Part shown: positions 9,588 through 19,399 of the stretch, piece by piece
Numbering within the stretch: position 1 is the stretch's first letter
Layout of the letters: the number at the start of each line of letters is the position of its first letter
DNA from: a virus
Taxonomy: Duplodnaviria; Caudoviricetes
DNA length: 64,000 nt
Direction: 5' to 3' (one strand)
Virus record (IMG/VR): IMGVR_UViG_3300032312_001958
Program-made: the position numbers and the translations under genes
The notes under the pieces: generated by a model
What the model was told of the DNA's origin: nothing
The model's database searches: none
The model's input: only the letters and a program-made list of their open reading frames with translations

Positions 9588-10167
9588 AATTTCTTGGGTT
9601 TGGATATAATTTTAATTTGGATTGGTATTTTTTACCATAGAACTGTGTTCCTTTAATTTGGGTAACTAATGTAAGGTCATACCTTGGATTTTTACCGTAT
9701 TGTTTGTCAAACTTAACAATCATATGGTAGTTTGAACCATCGGCAGATGACATCTCAACGATATCATTATCTTTAATTCTTCCTATTAGAATTTGTTCGG
9801 CAATTTTGTCTCTGTTATTATATATTAAATCAATTCCTTCTAATGTATTAGGATTAACTATTTTTGGGTCGTAGTGTTTACCCTTTTCTTTATATTCAGG
9901 GTCCGACAATCTATATGTTCTTTTAATGTAGTGTTCTTTAGGATTAATTACAAACTCAACAGTTTTATCTTCACCTGTTCTTTTATCTTTGAAGTTACCC
10001 ACAAATGGATTAATTCTTCTCAATCTACGAGAAATGATTTCTTTACTAATATTTAACTCAACAGGGTTGATTTGTTCGTTTAATAAATCATTAACATTAC
10101 CAACAACTTTTATTTCAACTTTGTTATTAACGAATTCTCTTAATATTTGTCTAATTAACACTTCCAT
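9586..10167 (-). CDS. hypothetical protein with IRxILRE leader
   Basis: MEVLIRQILREF; TATTTAT motif upstream. Confidence 0.7.
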   Translation of the reverse strand: MEVLIRQILREFVNNKVEIKVVGNVNDLLNEQINPVELNISKEIISRRLRRINPFVGNFKDKRTGEDKTVEFVINPKEHYIKRTYRLSDPEYKEKGKHYDPKIVNPNTLEGIDLIYNNRDKIAEQILIGRIKDNDIVEMSSADGSNYHMIVKFDKQYGKNPRYDLTLVTQIKGTQFYGKKYQSKLKLYPNPRN

Positions 10168-10264
10168 TGTTAAATAAATATTTATGATTTAGTTTGGTGG
10201 AGTAAATATTTCACCATATATTTGTAGAACCAAAATGATAACACAATCTTTAAAACATAGAACA

Positions 10265-10390
10265 ATGAAAACTATTGAGGTTACAATGCAAGAGATATGG
10301 ATGGCAACTCGACCAATCGTTCAAAAGAGTAAGAAGGACTATACTCGTAAGCGTAAACACAAGAACCAATCTTGGGATAAGAATGACTAA
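10265..10390 (+). CDS. small basic protein with ArfA-like YxRKxKH motif (not in ORF track)
   Basis: MKTIEVTMQEIWMATRPIVQKSKKDYTRKRKHKNQSWDKND; alternative in-frame start at 10235. Confidence 0.55.
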   Translation: MKTIEVTMQEIWMATRPIVQKSKKDYTRKRKHKNQSWDKND

Positions 10391-10709
10391 CGAGTATATT
10401 ATCTGTGCGGCGATATGGTATAAAGAATTACCGACACAAACATTCTTACCAAAGAACCTTGATAAAGGTGTGGTAGTTTGTGGACACAGACACGGACATT
10501 GTATTGACATAATGAAAACACTTGGTCAGTTACGAAGTGTTGTTAAGGGACCTGATTCTGTTGGAGATTACGAACAGGGGTTCCTTTCAAATAAAAACAA
10601 ATTCTACGACAGGTTCGAATCAATGAGGTTAGCAATTGAGGCTGGTCAAGTGGAATATGACAAACTGTACAACCCAAGCATAGGTTTATTCTCCGAAGAT
10701 TTATATTAA
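10383..10709 (+). CDS. conserved hypothetical phage protein (start revised)
   Basis: IICAAIWY..GHRH..EQGFL..LFSEDLY. Confidence 0.7.
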   Translation: MTNEYIICAAIWYKELPTQTFLPKNLDKGVVVCGHRHGHCIDIMKTLGQLRSVVKGPDSVGDYEQGFLSNKNKFYDRFESMRLAIEAGQVEYDKLYNPSIGLFSEDLY

Positions 10710-10712
10710 GAC

Positions 10713-10739
10713 AAACCCATCGAATTCGATGGGTTTTTT
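10713..10739 (+). terminator. intrinsic terminator
   Basis: AAACCCATCGAATTCGATGGGTTT palindrome followed by Ts. Confidence 0.8.
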
Positions 10740-10798
10740 GTTAACATATAATTCATATTCTCTTAATACTCCATGTCTTTACTTTTCTATTTATTGGT

Positions 10799-11506
10799 AT
10801 GGAATTAAACAAACTTCTTACCATAGTTATTCCTTGTAAAAACGAGGGAAAGACAATAGACCAAACATTAACTCTGTTAAATTTCCAAGAGGGAATTGAA
10901 TATGTTAGAGTTATTGTTGCTGATAACTCTGATGATGATTATACGACATATTATTTAGAGCAAAGAAACAGGGATTACTTTGACCTGAGAATAATACAGG
11001 GAGGGTTACCGTCCAAAGCAAGGAATAACGGGGCTGAACAATCTGAAACACCATACATTCTATTTTTAGATTCGGATATATTTTTGAATGACCCAAAGTT
11101 AATCAAAGGTTGTTTAGATAAAATGGTTAATGGGAGATTGGACTTGGTAACCTGTAAAGTTAGAAGTTCAACAGGTAAATACAATTATGTTTTCAGGGTA
11201 TTTGATTTAATCCAAATAGTTTTCAGATTAATTACACCATTTTGTTTAGGTGGGTTTATGATGGTCAGAACTTCAACTTTTAATAGAATTGGAGGTTTTG
11301 ATGAATCAGCCAAAGTTGCTGAGGATTATCTGTTTTCAAAACAAATAAAGACAAACAAGTTTAAAATTTATGACTCAGTTGTTTTAACACCACCAAGAAG
11401 ATTTGAAAACAAAGGACTTTGGTATATGACAAAGTTAATGATTGGTTCATTTTTAAATCGTAATAATAAAAGTTTTTTTGAAGATGGTCAAAATTATTGG
11501 GGATGA
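10799..11506 (+). CDS. glycosyltransferase family 2
   Basis: IVIPCKNE, ARNNGA, LFLDSD, GGFDE..AED. Confidence 0.9.
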   Translation: MELNKLLTIVIPCKNEGKTIDQTLTLLNFQEGIEYVRVIVADNSDDDYTTYYLEQRNRDYFDLRIIQGGLPSKARNNGAEQSETPYILFLDSDIFLNDPKLIKGCLDKMVNGRLDLVTCKVRSSTGKYNYVFRVFDLIQIVFRLITPFCLGGFMMVRTSTFNRIGGFDESAKVAEDYLFSKQIKTNKFKIYDSVVLTPPRRFENKGLWYMTKLMIGSFLNRNNKSFFEDGQNYWG

Positions 11507-12219
11507 ATAAGTATAAAACAATTATAATGAGTGATTTACATCTTGGAGCAAGACAATCACAAACAGATAAGATAATAGAATTCTTGGATAATAATACTTC
11601 TGATATATTAATATTAAATGGTGATATTATTGATGGGTGGGCACTTAAAGGTAACGGTAAATGGACACCAAATTGTACCAAAATATTCAGAAAATTTATG
11701 AAGATGTCAGAGAAAGGAACTAAGGTTATTTACATACGAGGTAATCACGATGATTTTTTAAAGGATTTTATCCCATTCAAATTAAATAACATAAGGATTG
11801 TTAGAAAATATGTATATGTTGGTATTGATGGTAGAACTTATTTTTGTTTTCACGGAGATGTTTTGGACTTTGTAATTATGGAGGCAAGGTGGTTAGCGGT
11901 GATTGGTGGATATTCTTACGATATTGTCATTAAGTTCAATACGTTTTATAATAAGGTACGAAAGTGGTTTAATTTACCATATCATTCTTTAGCGAATACA
12001 ATTAAACAATCTGTAAAAGGTGCAATTAACTTTGTATCTGATTTTGAGACAAATGCTAAAGCTCTTGCCAATCAAAAGGGATATGATGTTGCAGTATGTG
12101 GACATATCCACCAGCCAAAGATGGAAATTGATTATATGAATTCTGGGGATTTTTGTGAAAACTCAACATGTTTGGTTGAACATTTTGATGGAACATGGGA
12201 CATAATTAATATGTCCTAA
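11503..12219 (+). CDS. LpxH-like UDP-2,3-diacylglucosamine diphosphatase family phosphoesterase
   Basis: SDLHLG, NGDIID, GNHD, HGD, GHIH, NSGDF. Confidence 0.82.
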   Translation: MNKYKTIIMSDLHLGARQSQTDKIIEFLDNNTSDILILNGDIIDGWALKGNGKWTPNCTKIFRKFMKMSEKGTKVIYIRGNHDDFLKDFIPFKLNNIRIVRKYVYVGIDGRTYFCFHGDVLDFVIMEARWLAVIGGYSYDIVIKFNTFYNKVRKWFNLPYHSLANTIKQSVKGAINFVSDFETNAKALANQKGYDVAVCGHIHQPKMEIDYMNSGDFCENSTCLVEHFDGTWDIINMS

Positions 12220-12245
12220 TTAAAGTTTTATTATATTTATAAAAT

Positions 12246-13517
12246 ATGATAAAAAATACAAAAATCTATTTACTATTATTAATTATTATAATGTCTGTTT
12301 TCTTTGTCGTTAAAACGTCAGTTTTACTTGAAATTCAAGAATCAACAAGAGTTACAAGAGGACTTGAATATATTTGTTTTATTTTGTTAATTCCTATATC
12401 AATATTACTGATTAAAGACTTTATCAAATCTACTAAAAATTCAATATCTAAAGAATCAGTAGATAAGCTAATTAAATTAGAAAATGAACTCACTAATAGA
12501 ATGAACGCAATTAATAAATCTAATGCGGTTATTGAGTTTGATTTAGAAGGGAATATTGTTTTTGCTAATGATTTGTTTATGAAAACTATGGGATATCTTT
12601 CACACGATGATATAGTTGGAAAACATCACAGAATATTTGTAGAAAATGAATATGAAAAAAGTGAGGATTATTGTCTTTTTTGGGGAAAATTAAGAAGTGG
12701 TGTATTATTTTCAGGGGAAATTGTTAGAGTTAAAAAAGATAAATCTTTGGTTTATTTACAAGCTACTTACAATCCTATTTTTGATACTGATGGTAAGATT
12801 TATCGTGTTATGAAAATTGCAATAGATATTACCGACAAAGTTTTACAGTCAAAAGAGATAGAAAGAAAGAATACATACTTGGAACATGCCGCTAAGATAT
12901 TAAGACACGACATGCATTCAGGTATTAACACTTACATGCCAAGAGGTGTTAACTCATTAGAAAGAAGGTTAACTCAAGAAGATATTATTAATCTTAAAAT
13001 TGAGGCTCCACTTAAAATGATTAAGGAGGGACTTAAACATTCACAGAAAGTTTACAAAGGTGTTTATGAGTTTACCAATCTTGTTAAGAAAGATGTGGTA
13101 TTGAACAAAGAAGAATGTAACATCAAGGACATACTCAAGGACTATTTGTCCTCGACGGCTTACGCAAGTCAGGTAGTGTTGGATGATAACCTACCAACAA
13201 TTGAATTAAATGAACCATTATTCTGTACTGCGGTGGATAACCTAATTAGAAATGGTTTAAAGTATAACGATTCTGAAACAAAGTTTGTTAACATATATTC
13301 TGAAGATAATTCAATTTCCGTACAAGATAATGGTAGAGGTATCACTCAAGAAGATTTTAATTATTTATCAAAACCTTATACTAGAAAAGAAGGACAGAAA
13401 GAATCAGGAACTGGTTTGGGTCTTAACATCTGTGTTGCGATTCTTGAAGAACATGGGTTTGAAATTACTTGTGAGAAAAATAAAATTGGAACTAAAATGA
13501 AAATTAAAATAAAATGA
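12246..13517 (+). CDS. membrane PAS/PAC sensor histidine kinase
   Basis: 2 TM; PAS (AVIEFDLEG..ANDLF...ATYNPI..KIAIDIT); H-box RHDMHS; N-box NLIRNGLKYN; DNGRG; GTGLGL. Confidence 0.92.
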   Translation: MIKNTKIYLLLLIIIMSVFFVVKTSVLLEIQESTRVTRGLEYICFILLIPISILLIKDFIKSTKNSISKESVDKLIKLENELTNRMNAINKSNAVIEFDLEGNIVFANDLFMKTMGYLSHDDIVGKHHRIFVENEYEKSEDYCLFWGKLRSGVLFSGEIVRVKKDKSLVYLQATYNPIFDTDGKIYRVMKIAIDITDKVLQSKEIERKNTYLEHAAKILRHDMHSGINTYMPRGVNSLERRLTQEDIINLKIEAPLKMIKEGLKHSQKVYKGVYEFTNLVKKDVVLNKEECNIKDILKDYLSSTAYASQVVLDDNLPTIELNEPLFCTAVDNLIRNGLKYNDSETKFVNIYSEDNSISVQDNGRGITQEDFNYLSKPYTRKEGQKESGTGLGLNICVAILEEHGFEITCEKNKIGTKMKIKIK

Positions 13518-14158
13518 GAAAGGTATTATTAGTTTTATTATTTGTGTTATTTGGAATGTTGTCTTATTCACAGACAAAGTACCCAATTAAAACCATCTTC
13601 AGAGGAGATTCTGTTGTTATTTTAACAATTCAGCAATCTGATAACATTAATAAGATGATTGAGAAAAACTTAAAATTAATAAAAGATAATAATGCGAAAG
13701 TTCAGGAGTATGTGGGTAGAATTAAAGTACTTGAACAAGAGGCTAATAACCAAAACGCTTATATTGATAGTTTGTCTAACGCTCTATTAAAGTGTCGGAA
13801 TAGTGTAGAAGTGGTGCAGTATAATTCAGATACATTATTAAAACAATATGATGAATTAAACCTAACAATCTATGAAATGGCGGTTGGACCAACACTTCTA
13901 TATACATTACCCCCATATAAAGACGTTTTATTCTTAAATCTAAAACATTTCAATATGTTTATTGATTCCGATGGGTCATTAATTCTTGAACGTATGACTC
14001 CGGTTCAAATGAAAAAATATGATAAGTGGAGAGAGACATATGGAAATGAGTCTTTAATGTATATTGATTATCAAAAAGTAATTAGGTTCCGAAATTTCCA
14101 AGACGAATTACTTGAAAGAGTTATATGGAAAAATAAATTTAATTACGATAGTAAATGA
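13514..14158 (+). CDS. exported coiled-coil protein
   Basis: signal peptide then heptad-rich region; ATGA-coupled between the two kinases. Confidence 0.75.
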   Translation: MRKVLLVLLFVLFGMLSYSQTKYPIKTIFRGDSVVILTIQQSDNINKMIEKNLKLIKDNNAKVQEYVGRIKVLEQEANNQNAYIDSLSNALLKCRNSVEVVQYNSDTLLKQYDELNLTIYEMAVGPTLLYTLPPYKDVLFLNLKHFNMFIDSDGSLILERMTPVQMKKYDKWRETYGNESLMYIDYQKVIRFRNFQDELLERVIWKNKFNYDSK

Positions 14159-15474
14159 AAAGAATAATCATTGTTTTACTCACACTATTTTGTTTCATTA
14201 ATGTTAACGGACAAGATACTTTAATTGATGGAATTAACGCAAGTTGGATAGACCCTGAAACTCAAACAGACAGTATGGTTGTATCTGAAATGAGAATTAG
14301 GGATTTAATTCCTGATAAGATTATGCCAAGTTGGATTGAACCTGATAAAATATTTGACAACCCAAAAGAATTAAGTCAGGAAGATGTGGAACTTTTGGAA
14401 GCGGATATTAAATTTATGACTGACCTCCCACAAAGTTATGATGAGTTACCTAAAGAAGATTTACAGAAAGTATTAACTCAAATTGATAATAAGATTATTG
14501 AATTAAGACAAGAGATTGACAATTTAATTAAGGCGAGAGCCAACGAGGAACTTATTAAAACAAAGAAAGGGACATTAACTGGTCTAGAAAAAGAAAAGAA
14601 TATCATCAACTTAACATTAACAGGTGGTGAACTTAAAGATGCAAATGGTAATTTGATTGGTCAGAATGATGAGTTAAAGATACAACAGGATAAACTTAAA
14701 AAATATCTTTATATTGCTTTAAGTGGTTTGGCTTTACTTGGTTTAGTAGTTGCGGTTGTGTTACAAAGAAAAAGAATACAGGTTCAAGATGTTGAAATTG
14801 AAGAACAACTTAATGACATTGCCAAAAAGAATAGTTATTTGGAACACGCAGCAAGAATCATCAGACACGATATGCACTCCGGTATTAACACTTATATGCC
14901 AAGAGGTATTACCTCATTAGAAAAAAGATTAACCACTGAAGACATTCAAAGATTAAAGATTGAAGGGGCGTTAAAAATGGTTAAGGAAGGTTTAAATCAT
15001 ACACAAAGAGTATATAAGAGTGTCTATGAATTCACCAATCTTGTTAAACAAAATGTTGTATTGAATAAAACTTTGGTTGACCCTAAAGATTTGATATGGA
15101 AATATATTTCACCAAATTCTTATAGTTCACAAGTTGAGGTATCTGATTTAAGTGAGATGGAGGTTAACGAAACTTTATTCTGTAACGCGGTTGAAAACTT
15201 AATTAAGAATGGTTTGTCATATAATGATAGTGAAGTTAAAAAAGTTAAAATATATAACGAAGAAGAATATTTAATAGTTGAGGACAACGGTAGAGGATTC
15301 TCACAAAAAGATTTTGAAAAACATTTAACGAAATATTCAAAAAAGGCAGATGTCACTGGTGATGAGAAAGGTCTTGGGTTGAATATATGTGTTGCGATAT
15401 TAGAAGAACATGGTTTCAAATTAACTTGTGAGAAAACTGAAAGTGGAACCAAAATGAAAATAAAAATAAAATAA
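14155..15474 (+). CDS. sensor histidine kinase with exported coiled-coil domain
   Basis: signal peptide, helical region, TM, RHDMHSGINTYMPRG, NLIKNG, DNGRG, KGLGL. Confidence 0.9.
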   Translation: MKRIIIVLLTLFCFINVNGQDTLIDGINASWIDPETQTDSMVVSEMRIRDLIPDKIMPSWIEPDKIFDNPKELSQEDVELLEADIKFMTDLPQSYDELPKEDLQKVLTQIDNKIIELRQEIDNLIKARANEELIKTKKGTLTGLEKEKNIINLTLTGGELKDANGNLIGQNDELKIQQDKLKKYLYIALSGLALLGLVVAVVLQRKRIQVQDVEIEEQLNDIAKKNSYLEHAARIIRHDMHSGINTYMPRGITSLEKRLTTEDIQRLKIEGALKMVKEGLNHTQRVYKSVYEFTNLVKQNVVLNKTLVDPKDLIWKYISPNSYSSQVEVSDLSEMEVNETLFCNAVENLIKNGLSYNDSEVKKVKIYNEEEYLIVEDNGRGFSQKDFEKHLTKYSKKADVTGDEKGLGLNICVAILEEHGFKLTCEKTESGTKMKIKIK

Positions 15475-15489
15475 AAGAGAAAGAAAAAA

Positions 15490-15921
15490 ATGATTGATTC
15501 AATCTTATTAGTGGATGACGAGGATTTATTCCACTTGGTTTTTGAGGACAGTTGCTCCTTGTTAGACATTACATTGTCATTAAAGAGTTTAAACAGCTCA
15601 GACGAAGCTGCTAAATTATTTGCCGATTGGCAGAAGAAATCTGACGGAAAACCTGAATGTGTGTTTGTTGATTTAAATATTATAGGTTCGTCATTTGATG
15701 GTATTGAACTTATCCGTAAGGTTAACTTTGAATATGGTAACCACGTAGTGATTGGTATTATATCTTCAAGTAATGAACCTGAAGAACAAGCTAAAGCGGT
15801 TCAGGCGGGAGCTCAGTTTTGGATTATTAAGTCCGATGATATTGAACCAAGATTGGAAGAATTCAAAAAAGATTACGAAGGATATAAAAACAGAACCGCA
15901 CCATTCAAAGTTTATAAATGA
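15490..15921 (+). CDS. single-domain response regulator (receiver)
   Basis: LLVDDE, FVDLN, DGIEL, ISSS, GAQFWIIK; no output domain. Confidence 0.9.
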   Translation: MIDSILLVDDEDLFHLVFEDSCSLLDITLSLKSLNSSDEAAKLFADWQKKSDGKPECVFVDLNIIGSSFDGIELIRKVNFEYGNHVVIGIISSSNEPEEQAKAVQAGAQFWIIKSDDIEPRLEEFKKDYEGYKNRTAPFKVYK

Positions 15922-16604
15922 TTGTTTTAGATAAAGATACAAAGAAGATATTAATTGAAACTTTGAAGACCAAGAACATTGGTCTTGAAGGTAACATTAC
16001 TAAATTAATAGACGCTCAAAATGATGAAGAGTTTAAAGAGTATCTTAAAACTTGTATTGAAAAAGATGTATCATCAAGACGGAAACGTTTAGAGATAACT
16101 AAACAAGTTCAGGTTCAGAACAAAGATTTAACCACACTCAACGAGGAAAACCAAAGAATGATGGAAGAACTTCAAAAAACATTAAAAAATGTTGAGGAGT
16201 CAAAACTAACATTTGAAGTTCAAAACAGAGAACTAAATGAATGGAAACAGGAGAATTTAAGATTGACAGATGAGCTCCAACAGGAAATGGTTAAATCAGA
16301 ACAGGCAAGAATAACTGCGGAAAATGCTAAAAACGAAGCGGAAAACAATTTAGATTTAATTCAAAAGAAAACTCAATTTGAGTTGATTAACAATATTGTT
16401 AGAGTTGCTCTTTATGTAATCATTGGTGTTGGAACCATAACTACTGGAATATATGTTTATTCTATGACAATAGGGATGGATACAGACATCATCGGTTCCA
16501 CTTGGAGTAATATGTTTGGTATCCTGTTAACAAACAGTTTCAGTATAGTGGGAACAATACTTGGGGTGAAGTATGGTGCGAGTCCTAACAAAGAAGATAA
16601 ATAA
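15918..16604 (+). CDS. coiled-coil protein with two C-terminal TM helices
   Basis: long E/Q/K heptads then two hydrophobic helices. Confidence 0.75.
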   Translation: MIVLDKDTKKILIETLKTKNIGLEGNITKLIDAQNDEEFKEYLKTCIEKDVSSRRKRLEITKQVQVQNKDLTTLNEENQRMMEELQKTLKNVEESKLTFEVQNRELNEWKQENLRLTDELQQEMVKSEQARITAENAKNEAENNLDLIQKKTQFELINNIVRVALYVIIGVGTITTGIYVYSMTIGMDTDIIGSTWSNMFGILLTNSFSIVGTILGVKYGASPNKEDK

Positions 16605-16622
16605 AAAATAAAAATAAAAAAA

Positions 16623-17159
16623 ATGAGTAGATTAAAAAAAATGTTATTTGGAGAAACACCTTACGTTAAGGTGGAAGATAAAAATCGTTTCTATTATATG
16701 TTGCAACAAATGCAATCAAATAGATGGAAAATTACAGGGATTATTTTATTCTTGTTTTTTTTCATAATTTTTGGTATCAATATGGCAGTTATGTTCCAAG
16801 TTGAGATTGCTGAAAATTGGAAAGAAATGTTGTTGATTTTATTTGGAGCCTTTGTAGGTAACTTGAATAAGGTTGTTGACTATTGGTTCAACTCTGAAGA
16901 TAGAGATAAGATGTTAATCCAAAAGGTTGATGAAGAAGACGGAAGTAGTTTATCAAATGTAAGTGAATTCCCAACAACTCCAAAACCACCACAAGAACCA
17001 ATTATTATTGTAAGACAAGAACCAACACCTGAACCAGTTGTTGAGGAACCACTACCATATGTTGAACCTGAAGTATACAACGAGGAACCACTACCATATG
17101 AAGAACCTTTAGCGGATGATGGATATGAAACTCCACCATCTGAAGAAGAAAATATTTAA
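16623..17159 (+). CDS. two-TM protein with Pro/Glu-rich tail
   Basis: two TM helices, VVDYWF, EEPLPY repeated twice. Confidence 0.75.
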   Translation: MSRLKKMLFGETPYVKVEDKNRFYYMLQQMQSNRWKITGIILFLFFFIIFGINMAVMFQVEIAENWKEMLLILFGAFVGNLNKVVDYWFNSEDRDKMLIQKVDEEDGSSLSNVSEFPTTPKPPQEPIIIVRQEPTPEPVVEEPLPYVEPEVYNEEPLPYEEPLADDGYETPPSEEENI

Positions 17160-17168
17160 AAAAAAAAG

Positions 17169-17196
17169 AAACCCGGTTTGATTGACCGGGTTTTTT
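17169..17196 (+). terminator. intrinsic terminator ending the two-component operon
   Basis: AAACCCGGT...ACCGGGTTTTTT. Confidence 0.8.
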
Positions 17197-17212
17197 GTTA
17201 CATATTTGTGGT

Positions 17213-17602
17213 ATGAAAAATTTTGACCTCAATAACTTTATGTTTGGATTCTTTGCAATTGTATTAATTTCTATTGGAATCCTGATGACTTATATCAGTC
17301 TTAACAATGATGAGAAGACAACCCCTCCCAAGAATGAACTAAAAATTCAAAAAAACGTTGATGACCCCGTAGTTAACGATACGACAATTGTTGAACAAAA
17401 AAGTAATAACCTTTGGCCGATTAGGGTTGAGAGTGTTGAAAAATCATATGAAAAGAACACACCTAAATGGCAAGTTGTAACTGAAAATGGAGTAATGTAT
17501 TACACCAATAAAAAACCAAAGGTCGGTGATATTGCTTTCTACTTAAATAATAATGATGAAATAACTGACAAGTATGGAAATGGAGTGGAAAGAACAAGAT
17601 AA
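17213..17602 (+). CDS. membrane-anchored hypothetical protein (start revised)
   Basis: N-terminal TM. Confidence 0.6.
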   Translation: MKNFDLNNFMFGFFAIVLISIGILMTYISLNNDEKTTPPKNELKIQKNVDDPVVNDTTIVEQKSNNLWPIRVESVEKSYEKNTPKWQVVTENGVMYYTNKKPKVGDIAFYLNNNDEITDKYGNGVERTR

Positions 17603-17789
17603 TAATGATTTTATCGCAATATACAAAAACTATATTCTTCGGGTAGAACAGATGGCACCACAAAAATGGTGGTGGGCGGTTTATAAAGACAACGAAGATT
17701 TATGTTATGATAACCCATTTACAAGAAATGCTGATTATGGAAAAAAACTTGCAGAACAATGTGTCCGAGAGGACGACACGAATGGTTAG
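17574..17789 (+). CDS. hypothetical protein
   Basis: LRVEQM..WWWAVY. Confidence 0.55.
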   Translation: MEMEWKEQDNNDFIAIYKNYILRVEQMAPQKWWWAVYKDNEDLCYDNPFTRNADYGKKLAEQCVREDDTNG

Positions 17790-17956
17790 GTTCCCAAATG
17801 AAAGTAACCCATTTGAAATTAAGTTAGATATGGATGAGTTTCATCCTGAAAAAGATTTTGGTGATGAACTATTTGGGGTTTGGAGAAGTGTATATATTTC
17901 GGTAAAAAAGTAATACTTAAACTTTATTTACAATATTTATTGTAAAATTAAAGCTT

Positions 17957-18793
17957 ATGTTACTAAAAGTAGGGTCTCAAGGAGATGACGTTAAAAAACT
18001 CCAAGCGAAATTAGGATTAACTGCCGATGGAATATTCGGTAATGGTACAGCTACCAAAGTAAAAGAATGGCAAGCGGCTAATGGTTTAACTGCTGATGGC
18101 ATTGTTGGTGAAGGTACATGGGGTAAAATGTTTGGGGCAACGACCCAACAATCTCAGGTAATAAAAGAAGATGTTGTAATTCCTGTTAGTTCAGAATTTA
18201 AATTACAGAATTTAAAGGGTCATATTCCTGACGCAGTAATTGCTCAAATTCCTGATACTGCTAAAAAATTCAACATTACTAACCCATTAAGATTGGCTCA
18301 TTTCTTAGCTCAGTGTGGTCATGAGTCAGGTGGATTTAAGGCGGTACAAGAGAATTTAAATTATTCTGCGGATGGACTTAAAAAAATCTTTGGTAAGTAT
18401 TTTCCTGGAAATTTAAATGAATCATACGCAAGACAACCTGAAAAGATTGCATCTCGTGTTTATGGTGGAAGAATGGGTAATGGTGATGAATCAACCGGTG
18501 AAGGATTTAAATTTCGTGGCAGAGGTTACATCCAATTAACTGGAAAGTCAAACTATACAAACTTCGCAAAATTCATTGGTGAGGATACAGTATCTAATCC
18601 TGATTTAGTTGCTACCAAATATCCATTGGCTTCTGCGGCATTTTTCTTTGACTCGAACAAACTTTGGTCTATTTGCGATAAGGGTGCGGATGATGCCACA
18701 GTAACTGCGGTAACTAAAAGAGTTAATGGAGGTACAATTGGATTACCTGATAGAATTAAACACTTCAAAGAATATTACAATTTATTAAAATGA
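17957..18793 (+). CDS. endolysin: peptidoglycan-binding domain + GH19 catalytic domain
   Basis: LKVGS.G.DVK.LQ..L..ADG.FG; HFLAQCGHESGGF, ENLNYS, FRGRGYIQLTG, VNGG..G..DR. Confidence 0.92.
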   Translation: MLLKVGSQGDDVKKLQAKLGLTADGIFGNGTATKVKEWQAANGLTADGIVGEGTWGKMFGATTQQSQVIKEDVVIPVSSEFKLQNLKGHIPDAVIAQIPDTAKKFNITNPLRLAHFLAQCGHESGGFKAVQENLNYSADGLKKIFGKYFPGNLNESYARQPEKIASRVYGGRMGNGDESTGEGFKFRGRGYIQLTGKSNYTNFAKFIGEDTVSNPDLVATKYPLASAAFFFDSNKLWSICDKGADDATVTAVTKRVNGGTIGLPDRIKHFKEYYNLLK

Positions 18794-19092
18794 GAAAATT
18801 TATACAAAATAAAATTGCCGATATTAAGAAGTTTTCTTTCTCTGAGATGACATCAAACTCAAACGGAAAAACATCTGGAAGTGGAACTATGGGTATCTAT
18901 ATAACTGCGATAGGTGGTGTTTGTTTCTTAATGGGATGTGTTGATAAAATGTTTTTAAATAAAGATATTGATGTTATAACACAGTCAATAATCTTCACAG
19001 GTATCGGAGCAACTCTTTTAGGGTACAGAAAATCAAAAGATAATACTGAAGTAATTGTAAAAGAAGAATCAAATGAAGAAATCATTAATTAA
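18790..19092 (+). CDS. putative holin
   Basis: two TM helices, charged tail, coupled to endolysin stop. Confidence 0.55.
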   Translation: MRKFIQNKIADIKKFSFSEMTSNSNGKTSGSGTMGIYITAIGGVCFLMGCVDKMFLNKDIDVITQSIIFTGIGATLLGYRKSKDNTEVIVKEESNEEIIN

Positions 19093-19399
19093 ATATTGGA
19101 AAGAAATAACTATTGGAATAGTTTTTATTTCTATGTTGGTCACTATTATTGTTTTATTTAATAAACCACAAGTTACTGTAACTATTGAAGACACTAAGAG
19201 AATTGAGATGTTAAGAGACTCAGTTAATGTTTTAAACAGACAGATGAGTGATTTAAGAGTTGCTTATGATAATAAACAAGGTGAAGTAATCACCAAAATT
19301 AAATACATTAAAGAAGAAAATGCTAAAGAAATTAGTAATCTTGGCAAGCTTAATCTTGTTCAACGTGACAGCGTTTGGTCAAGTTTTGAAGCCCCATAG
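19073..19399 (+). CDS. putative inner-membrane spanin-like protein
   Basis: N-terminal TM + coiled coil; position after endolysin/holin. Confidence 0.5.
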   Translation: MKKSLIKYWKEITIGIVFISMLVTIIVLFNKPQVTVTIEDTKRIEMLRDSVNVLNRQMSDLRVAYDNKQGEVITKIKYIKEENAKEISNLGKLNLVQRDSVWSSFEAP

